Part shown: in pieces, positions 41,601-47,369 of the stretch
How positions within the stretch are numbered: the stretch's first letter is position 1
How the letters are laid out: each line of letters starts with the position of its first letter
Assembly: GCA_023137275.1 (NCBI GenBank)
Contig: JAGLPO010000006.1
Span: forward strand, 1 to 47,369
DNA length: 47,369 nucleotides
Reading direction: 5' to 3'
DNA from: Candidatus Parcubacteria bacterium
Lineage (GTDB): Bacteria > Patescibacteriota > Patescibacteriia > Patescibacteriales > UBA12075
Translations under genes and position numbers: made by a program
The notes under the pieces: generated by a model
What the model saw: only the letters and a program-made list of their open reading frames with translations
Told to the model about the DNA's origin: nothing
Database searches by the model: none

Positions 41601-41849
41601 ATGACTACCAAACTTATAGGCGTTAGAGAATTTCGCCAAAACATTGCAACGCTTTATGCTAAAGCAAAAAAAAATAATTGGCGCTACATAATTTTGAACC
41701 GCAACCAGCCAATTTTTAAAGTTGAACCGCTAAGCAAAAAAGATGCTATTATTGAAAAATTAACCCAGGAAATTGAAGAGGCCAGAGAAGACGTGAAAAA
41801 AGGAAGATTATATACAATGGAACAAATCCGCCGTGATTTAAAGCTTTAA
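41601..41849 (+). CDS. Type II antitoxin, Phd/YefM-like
   Basis: 82 aa. The N-terminus IGVREFRQNIATLYAKAKKN...ILNRNQPIFKVEPL is typical. It ends 3 nt before the toxin gene. Confidence 0.7.
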   Translation: MTTKLIGVREFRQNIATLYAKAKKNNWRYIILNRNQPIFKVEPLSKKDAIIEKLTQEIEEAREDVKKGRLYTMEQIRRDLKL

Positions 41850-41852
41850 CTT

Positions 41853-42128
41853 GTGAAATACAAACTATTCTATACATTAAAAGCAAAAAAAGATTTAGCT
41901 CATCTTGATAAAAAAATAGCAAATAGAATTTTAGACAAATTAGACTCCTTTATTGAATTCGACAATCCATTAAATCGCGCGAAAAAACTAGTAGATAACA
42001 AACAGGGGGCTTACAGGTTTAGAATTGGAGATTACAGAGCTATTTTTGATATTGATAATAGCGGGAAAATTATTATACTTTTAATTTTACGAGTTAAACA
42101 CCGGAAAGAAGTCTATAGAAATTTTTAG
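41853..42128 (+). CDS. Type II toxin, RelE/ParE family
   Basis: 91 aa, GTG start. YRFRIGDYRAIFDIDNSGKIIILLILRVKHRKEVYR is the classic RelE/ParE C-terminal pattern. Confidence 0.8.
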   Translation: MKYKLFYTLKAKKDLAHLDKKIANRILDKLDSFIEFDNPLNRAKKLVDNKQGAYRFRIGDYRAIFDIDNSGKIIILLILRVKHRKEVYRNF

Positions 42129-42155
42129 GCCATTTTCACTTACTCACTCTCTCAA

Positions 42156-42192
42156 CCAAAAAAATAACCCCAAATTTATTGGGGTATTTTTA
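42156..42192. terminator. Bidirectional terminator-like hairpin between relE and tRNA-Ser
   Basis: aaaaaaataacccc-aaatttatt-ggggtattttta. The stem is short (4-5 bp) and is flanked by an A-run and a T-run. Confidence 0.45.
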
Positions 42193-42222
42193 TTGGCGGA
42201 CTTTGTCACGCCGTAGCTGAGA

Positions 42223-42255
42223 CGAAGCTTTGCCGTGCTTGCACGCAAAGCTTCG
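42223..42255. repeat. GC-rich 11-bp perfect-stem hairpin immediately 3' of tRNA-Ser
   Basis: cgaagctttgc-cgtgcttgcac-gcaaagcttcg. The flanks (gccgtagc..., ...gcgtagcgaagg) share ccgtag/cgaag words with the secA palindromic insert. Confidence 0.7.
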
Positions 42256-42267
42256 GCGTAGCGAAGG

Positions 42268-42352
42268 CGGAGAGTGAGGGATTCGAACCCTCGTGGGCTA
42301 TTAACCCGCCTGCTTTCCAAGCAAGTGCCATAGGCCTCTAGGCGAACTCTCC
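42268..42352 (-). tRNA. tRNA-Ser (anticodon GGA), type II with a long variable arm
   Basis: Minus strand: GGAGAGT-TC-GCC..GGC-A-CTTGC-TTGGAAA-GCAGG-(long variable arm)-GAGGG-TTCGAAT-CCCTC-ACTCTCC-G. Perfect 7-bp acceptor stem, canonical T-loop, 85 nt. CCA is not encoded. Confidence 0.9.
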
Positions 42353-42398
42353 ATAATTTTTCCCAACATCCTTTCAATTTAAGAAACCCTGGTTAACT

Positions 42399-43169
42399 TT
42401 ATATGCTATTTAAATGCCTCTCAATTATACTCTTCATGCCCTCTCTCTCCCTGTCCTGGCTGTCAGTAAAGTCCTCAAACGGGACAGCGCCGGCGTGGGG
42501 TTCGGTGTTTACAAAAATGCCCGGTGTGCCGGTAACGCCGCAGCTTTTCCCCTGTTCTATTTGAGTTTGAATTTTATCTTTATACTTTTCTTCGTCCAGA
42601 CAGTCATTAAACCGCGTTGTATCCAGCTCCAGCTCAATGGCGAAATTCTCAAATACCTCTGTGCTAAAGCCATTGTCCTGGCTAGAAAACAGCTTATCAT
42701 GCATTTCCCAAAATTTATCCTGCTCAGCCGCGCATTCAGCGGCCAGCGCCGCCTGATAGGCGCGCGAATTGGAGCGCAAAGGAAAATGCCGAACCGCGAT
42801 TACAACCTGCTCATTAAATTCATCCTTAACCTGCTCTAACACACTGGTAAATTGAGCCGAGTAGCCGCATTGAAAATCGTTATATGCTATTAATTGAACA
42901 GGCGCTTCCAAATTACCCTGATAATGGTCAGATCCGCTAATTGCCTGAACTGATTGGAGGCTGGTTGATTTGGCCTTTTCCAAAACTTCATTATCTATTT
43001 CCGCATTACTTGCCAACGGCTCGTTCTCTGCTTGCTCAATATTGTTATCTGAACTACTGGGAAGTTTAATACCTCCAAAGTCGCCTTTAAGCCAAAAATA
43101 GCTGCCCGCGGCGAAAAGGGCGATAATTATTAAAATTATGACTAGTTTAATTCCTATGTGATGGCTCAT
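42399..43169 (-). CDS. Membrane-anchored DsbA-family thioredoxin-fold protein with a CxxS active-site variant
   Basis: N-terminal TM, LIAYNDFQCGYSAQF where CxxC is expected, and a cis-Pro loop region CGVTGTPGIFVN. Confidence 0.7.
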   Translation of the reverse strand: MSHHIGIKLVIILIIIALFAAGSYFWLKGDFGGIKLPSSSDNNIEQAENEPLASNAEIDNEVLEKAKSTSLQSVQAISGSDHYQGNLEAPVQLIAYNDFQCGYSAQFTSVLEQVKDEFNEQVVIAVRHFPLRSNSRAYQAALAAECAAEQDKFWEMHDKLFSSQDNGFSTEVFENFAIELELDTTRFNDCLDEEKYKDKIQTQIEQGKSCGVTGTPGIFVNTEPHAGAVPFEDFTDSQDREREGMKSIIERHLNSI

Positions 43170-43241
43170 ATGATCTTGTAGTTAAATATTTATGATTTTA
43201 AAACTATATAAGTAATTGAAAATTTATTTGAAATGCCATGT

Positions 43242-43298
43242 CTTAGACCGCAGACAACAGACGGCAGACAGCAGCCAATCATTCGCATGCTGTCGTCT
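43242..43298. repeat. Heptamer-stem hairpin element with a truncated right arm
   Basis: tagaccgcagacaacagacggcagacagcag | ccaatcattcgcatg | ctgtcgtcttg. Confidence 0.8.
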
Positions 43299-43319
43299 TG
43301 ATAAAACTTGCTAAAAATC

Positions 43320-44780
43320 TTACTTACACAAATTGGGTTTGTTAGCACGCCAATTTGTGGCATTTTCATATACATTCGCGATGTTAAAAATCGTCTGCTC
43401 CCCAAAGCGCGGACCGATCAGCTGAAGGCCAACCGGCATGTTGTCGACAAAGCCGGCCGGAATTGATATCGCCGGCAAACCGGCCAGAGACGCGCCGGTA
43501 ACAAAAATATCTTCCAAATACATTGCCAATGGATCATCAACCTGCTCGCCGATCTTAAAAGCGATATGAGGCGAGGTCGGAGTTAAGAGGCAGTCAACTT
43601 TATTAAGGACCGCGTCCATTTCTTCTTTTATTATTGTCCGCACTTTTTGCGCCTGAAGATAATAAGCGTCAAAATAGCCGGCAGACAGGGCGTAAGTGCC
43701 CAGCATAATTCGCCGCTTAGCCTCTGGTCCAAAGCCTTCTCCCCTGGTCTTTTTATAAGCCGTTATTAGATCTTTGCCGTTAACGGCGCTATGACCATAA
43801 CGGATACCGTCAAAACGGGCCAAATTTGAACTAATTTCCGAAGGAGTAATAATATAATAAACAGCGACTCCGTATTTCGTATGCGGCAATGATACATCAA
43901 CTATTTCCGCGCCTAATTCCTGGTACTTTTTTATCGCTTCCTTTATTATTTTTTTAATATTTTCCTTTGTACCTTTGTTAAGATATTCCTTAGGCAAACC
44001 GATTTTAGTTCCTTTTAAAGCCTTCTTAAGATCAGCTGAATAATCCGGGACTGTTTTTAACGGGGTAGTGGTATCATTCTTGTCCTGCCCGGCAATAGCT
44101 TTTAATACAATAGCAGTATCCTCAACTGTTTTTGTGATCGGGCCCGGAACATCAGTTGAACTGGTCATTGCTATTAAGCCGAAGCGGGAAGATCGGCCGT
44201 ATGTCGGCTTTAAACCAACCACGCCGCAAAAGCTGGCCGGACAGCGGATAGAGCCTCCGGTATCGGTGCCAAGCGCGAATACGCACATATCAGAGACAAC
44301 CGCGGCCGCTGATCCGCCGGAAGAACCACCCGGCACCCGATCCAAATCCCATGGATTATGGCTAGGCCCGTAAGCTGAGTTTTCAGTACTGGCCCCGTGG
44401 GCAAATTCATCTAAATTGGCTTTACCTAATAGAACCGCGCCAGCCTTTTTAAGCTTTTTTATTATGGTCGCGTCATAAGGCGCGATGTAATTATCCAGTA
44501 TCCTGGAAGCGGCCGTGGTTCTTACCCCTTTGGTCATAATATTGTCTTTCGCAATATAGGGAATGCCCAGAAGTTCATTTTTTTCTCCTTTTTTTCTCCG
44601 ACCGTCCGCGGCTTCTGCTTGTTTTAATGCTTTTTCTTCGCATACCGTGAGCATGGCCTTCACCTTGCCGTCAATTTCTTTGATCCGTCTCAAACAAGCC
44701 TTAGTTAATTCAACTGAAGTTATTTCACCTTTAGCTAATTTCTTATTAGCCTCTTTGATTGTTAGTTGGTTTAATTTCAT
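43320..44780 (-). CDS. gatA: Glu/Asp-tRNA amidotransferase subunit A
   Basis: Amidase signature GGSSGGSAAAV, GTDTGGSIRCPASFCGVVGLKPTYG; 486 aa, next to gatC. Confidence 0.95.
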   Translation of the reverse strand: MKLNQLTIKEANKKLAKGEITSVELTKACLRRIKEIDGKVKAMLTVCEEKALKQAEAADGRRKKGEKNELLGIPYIAKDNIMTKGVRTTAASRILDNYIAPYDATIIKKLKKAGAVLLGKANLDEFAHGASTENSAYGPSHNPWDLDRVPGGSSGGSAAAVVSDMCVFALGTDTGGSIRCPASFCGVVGLKPTYGRSSRFGLIAMTSSTDVPGPITKTVEDTAIVLKAIAGQDKNDTTTPLKTVPDYSADLKKALKGTKIGLPKEYLNKGTKENIKKIIKEAIKKYQELGAEIVDVSLPHTKYGVAVYYIITPSEISSNLARFDGIRYGHSAVNGKDLITAYKKTRGEGFGPEAKRRIMLGTYALSAGYFDAYYLQAQKVRTIIKEEMDAVLNKVDCLLTPTSPHIAFKIGEQVDDPLAMYLEDIFVTGASLAGLPAISIPAGFVDNMPVGLQLIGPRFGEQTIFNIANVYENATNWRANKPNLCK

Positions 44781-44785
44781 ATTAT

Positions 44786-44850
44786 TTAGACCGCAGACCG
44801 CAGTCTGTTATTCGCATTCTGTTGTCTGCTGTCTGTGGTCTGCTGTCTCG
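44786..44850. repeat. Heptamer-stem hairpin element filling the gatC-gatA spacer
   Basis: tagaccgcagaccgcag | tctgttattcgcattctg | ttgtctgctgtctgtggtctgctgtctcg. Confidence 0.9.
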
Positions 44851-45144
44851 TTAATCTAAAACCCGCTTCACCTTCACTTGTCCGCCCTCAAACTCCGGCG
44901 CTTGCTTAAGCGCGGCTTTAACCTCGTCTTTATCCCAAACACACACCTTATCTTCCTGAAAAACATTAGTCAGGCCGGTTACCTGAGCCGTCGGCTCTAC
45001 GTTTGCGGTATCAACTTCTTGTAATTGGTCAATATATTTTAATATATTGGAGATCTGAGAACCATATTTAGCCAGTTCTTTCTCGGTTAATTCCAATCTG
45101 GCTAAATTGGCTATATGTTGTATATCCTTTTTATTTAATTTCAT
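44851..45144 (-). CDS. gatC: Glu/Asp-tRNA amidotransferase subunit C
   Basis: 97 aa. IQHIANLARLELTEKELAKYGSQISNILKYIDQLQEVDT is the canonical GatC pattern. Confidence 0.9.
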   Translation of the reverse strand: MKLNKKDIQHIANLARLELTEKELAKYGSQISNILKYIDQLQEVDTANVEPTAQVTGLTNVFQEDKVCVWDKDEVKAALKQAPEFEGGQVKVKRVLD

Positions 45145-45212
45145 AGAAACAGACAGCAGATAGCAGATAGCAGTATAATATTCGCATACTGTGGCCTGTT
45201 GTCTGTTGTCTA
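45145..45212. repeat. Heptamer-stem hairpin element filling the ligA-gatC spacer
   Basis: agaaacagacagcagatagcagatagcag | tataatattcgcatactg | tggcctgttgtctgttgtcta. Confidence 0.9.
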
Positions 45213-45217
45213 ATTAA

Positions 45218-47311
45218 TTATTTAATCATCTTTAAAAATTCTTCTTCGCTAATTATCTTCACTCCCAGTTCTTTAGCTTTTTCAAATTTACTCCCCGGGT
45301 CTTTGCCAGCCACAATCAGATCGGTTTTTGGGCTAACCGCGGAACTGATCTTACCGCCTAATTCTCTTATTTTAGCCTTTGCCCGCTCCCTTGTCAAACT
45401 CTTTAAACTTCCGGTTAAAACAACGGCTTTTCCGCTTAATTCAGAGGGTCTTTTTCTTGTCTTTAAATGGGCAATATCAATAACAACACCGGCTTTTTCC
45501 AGTTTATTTAACAGCTCAATATTTAACTTATTATGAAACCAATCATACACGCTCCTGGCCACAATCGGCCCAATATCCGGCAAATTTTCTAATTCTTCAA
45601 TAGTATAATCACTAAATATTCTTTTAATTTGAGAAATTTTATTCTCTTGTCTGCCGTCTGCCGTCTGCCGTCTGCTTTCTGCTGCTAAAAACAGCGCGCT
45701 CTCTTCCCCGATATGCCTGATCCCAAGACCGATTAAAAATCGCTCCAGCAAAATATTTTTCTTCACCTGTATTGAATCAACTAAATTCTCGGCTGATTTG
45801 TCAGCAAATCTTTCCAAAGGTTTTAAATCTCCCGCGGCTAGAGAATAAAAATCAGCCACATCGCTTATTAGGCCTTCTTTCATAAGCTGTTCAATGATCT
45901 TCGGTCCCAAACCTTCAATATCAACCGCGCCCTTGCTGGTCCAATGGGACAGCCTGCGCAAATTAACCGCGTAGCAATCATTATTAATACAGCGATGCGC
46001 CACTTCGCCTTTTATTTTTTTAATATCTGAAGCACAGATCAAACACTTCTTAGGCGCGATAATCGTTTTTTCCTTGCCGGTCCGAAGTTTTGGAAGCGCT
46101 TTTATTACCTTGGGAATAACATCGCCGGCGCGCTCAAGAATCACGGTATCTCCGATTTTCAGCTTAAGACGTTTGATCTCATCCATATTATGGAGCGTAG
46201 CGTGCGTTACCGTAACTCCGCCCACATTGGCCGGTTCCAGCACTGCTATGGGTGTTAATACGCCGGTTCGTCCGACTTGCCAGACCACTTCCTTGATCCT
46301 GGTCGTTACCTGAATGCCGGCAAATTTGTAAGCCATCATATATCTGGGGCCCTTGCCGACCGTACCAAGTATATTCCATAGGGCCAAATCATTAACTTTT
46401 ACTACCATGCCGTCAACCTCAAAGGGCAGATTGTCCCGGTTCTTTTCCCAATGCGCGTGCATCTTGTTAACCGCTTCCAAATTAGCGCAATATTTATTCT
46501 CACGCAAAGTCTTAAAACCAAGCCGGGCAAGCAGTTCCCGCTTTTCTTCATTTTTCTTAAGGCCCATATCGGCCACAATCTCATAAGCGATAAAATCAAG
46601 CTTTCTCTCGGCCGCCAATTTCGGATCCAGCTGGCGAACCGAGCCGGCAGCCGCGTTGCGCGGATTCTTCAGCTCGGGCTTGTTGGCTTTTTTATATTTT
46701 TGGTTTAACTCTTTAAAAACCGCCTTGGTCATGATTATTTCGCCGCGCACTTCAATATTCTTTATTTTATCTGCCAGATTAAGAGGAACAGAATCAATGG
46801 TTTTGATATTCCCGGTCACATCTTCCCCTATTCGCCCATCGCCCCGGGTAATCGCCTGAACCAGGCTATTATTCTCATAACGAAGCGCGATTGCTATTCC
46901 GTCAAGTTTTAACTCACAAAAGTAACCTCCCAAATCAACACCTCCCCCCCTCCGCTGCGCTCCTCCCCCTCTCCTAATTAGGAGAGGGGGGCGGGGGAAG
47001 AGGATTTTAATATTTCTGGCTTCCCAATCAGCCATGTCCTGCTTATTAAAAGCGTCAAAAAGGGACAGCATGCGCGAGGAATGAGCGGCTTTTTTAAATT
47101 TATCCAAAGGCCGGCCGCCAACGCGCTGGGTCGGCGAATCCGAAGTCACCAAATCCGGAAATTCCTGCTCCAGCTTAAAAAGCTCGTTTTTTAGGCTGTC
47201 CAAAGCCTCCTGGCTCATACTCTCCAAATCCCGCACATGGTACTGATAGCGATGAAACGCTATTTCCTTTTTTAATTTTTCTATCCTGTTTTTAACAAAA
47301 TTTTTATCCAT
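45218..47311 (-). CDS. ligA: NAD-dependent DNA ligase LigA with two repeat-derived in-frame insertions
   Basis: KLDG adenylation motif (CELKLDGIAI), a Zn-finger with four Cys (CLICAS...CINNDC), HhH region (GIRHIGE, DIGPIVA), and a C-terminal BRCT (GKAVVLTGSL...). Confidence 0.95.
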   Translation of the reverse strand: MDKNFVKNRIEKLKKEIAFHRYQYHVRDLESMSQEALDSLKNELFKLEQEFPDLVTSDSPTQRVGGRPLDKFKKAAHSSRMLSLFDAFNKQDMADWEARNIKILFPRPPLLIRRGGGAQRRGGGVDLGGYFCELKLDGIAIALRYENNSLVQAITRGDGRIGEDVTGNIKTIDSVPLNLADKIKNIEVRGEIIMTKAVFKELNQKYKKANKPELKNPRNAAAGSVRQLDPKLAAERKLDFIAYEIVADMGLKKNEEKRELLARLGFKTLRENKYCANLEAVNKMHAHWEKNRDNLPFEVDGMVVKVNDLALWNILGTVGKGPRYMMAYKFAGIQVTTRIKEVVWQVGRTGVLTPIAVLEPANVGGVTVTHATLHNMDEIKRLKLKIGDTVILERAGDVIPKVIKALPKLRTGKEKTIIAPKKCLICASDIKKIKGEVAHRCINNDCYAVNLRRLSHWTSKGAVDIEGLGPKIIEQLMKEGLISDVADFYSLAAGDLKPLERFADKSAENLVDSIQVKKNILLERFLIGLGIRHIGEESALFLAAESRRQTADGRQENKISQIKRIFSDYTIEELENLPDIGPIVARSVYDWFHNKLNIELLNKLEKAGVVIDIAHLKTRKRPSELSGKAVVLTGSLKSLTRERAKAKIRELGGKISSAVSPKTDLIVAGKDPGSKFEKAKELGVKIISEEEFLKMIK
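45646..45686. repeat. Heptamer repeat (YYGTCTG)n in frame in the ligA HhH region
   Basis: cttgtctgccgtctgccgtctgccgtctgctttctgctgc encodes AAESRRQTADGRQE. Confidence 0.9.
46941..47002. repeat. G/C-homopolymer-rich palindrome in frame in ligA, just before the KxDG motif
   Basis: cctccccccctccgctgcgctcctccccctctcc-taatta-ggagaggggggcgggggaagagg encodes FPRPPLLIRRGGGAQRRGGG. Confidence 0.85.
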
Positions 47312-47319
47312 TTGACCAT

Positions 47320-47369
47320 TAATAACTCACCTTACGCGCTAAATATTTTTACCTTAGAAAAAGTTATAA
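47320..47369. repeat. Partial copy (left half) of the ~160-bp palindromic repeat, cut by the window end
   Basis: taataactcaccttacgcgctaaatatttttaccttagaaaaagttataa matches 19239-19287 (tactaatccaccttacgcaccaaacatttttaccttagaaaaagttataa). Confidence 0.8.

Noticed and set aside
12230-42352. Integrated prophage or integrative element with an integrase
   Set aside because: No integrase, recombinase, capsid or terminase-like ORF is present in the island. No duplicate of the tRNA 3' end was noticed. Only compositional and contextual hints remain.
42144-42377. 77-aa ORF in the track
   Set aside because: It lies entirely over tRNA-Ser and its GC-rich 3' hairpin. It is a spurious reading of structured RNA DNA.
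1-47369. Circular plasmid or phage closed through the terminal repeat halves
   Set aside because: The two ends are complementary halves lacking the central ~40 bp, not an overlap. The content is chromosomal housekeeping (secA, secD, ligA, gatCA, frr, holB). An assembly break at a multi-copy hairpin is more likely.
1-47369. Alternative genetic code (UGA recoding, as in some CPR lineages)
   Set aside because: All conserved genes are full length under the standard code, and several end at TGA at the expected positions (for example holB and the 463-aa GT-C gene).

Overview
The window is probably a whole metagenomic contig from an AT-rich, small-genome bacterium. Gene content and style suggest Patescibacteria/CPR; that is inference, since there is no rRNA to confirm it. 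Standard genetic code: long ORFs are intact.

Layout:
- Left housekeeping block (71-12059), almost all on the minus strand: secD, secA, two unknown genes, hpf, rseP, frr, a BNR lipoprotein and holB.
- Accessory cell-surface glycan island of about 30 kb (12230-41334).
- AbrB-like gene, Phd/RelE toxin-antitoxin pair and tRNA-Ser(GGA) at the right border of the island.
- Right housekeeping block (42399-47311): DsbA-like protein, gatA, gatC and ligA.

The island contains:
- a priming sugar-phosphate transferase and about 9 glycosyltransferases;
- 2 GT-C membrane transferases and a Wzx flippase;
- 7 methyltransferase domains and a B12-radical SAM enzyme;
- a secreted LCAT-like hydrolase;
- a complete sulfation module: fused ATP sulfurylase/APS kinase, CysQ and a sulfotransferase.

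Main signals that ordinary annotation does not explain:
1. A family of hairpin elements whose stems are tandem heptamers, (CAGACRR)n / (YYGTCTG)n, around a conserved ATTCRCAT loop.
   - They fill intergenic spacers.
   - They are inserted in frame into secA, ligA, a GT4 gene and the holB 3' end, always encoding hydrophilic QTTD(N/G)RQ.
   - One copy carries a four-helix-bundle gene (23S-IVS/Avd family) as its loop.
2. A PAPS-dependent sulfated-glycan pathway.
3. SecD with two parvulin PPIase domains inserted in its extracytoplasmic head.
4. A perfect 25-bp inverted repeat bracketing 112 bp between divergent glycan operons, a candidate invertible switch.
5. A ~160-bp palindromic repeat. The window starts and ends inside copies of it.

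All calls come from reading the sequence and ORF translations. No database search was run.
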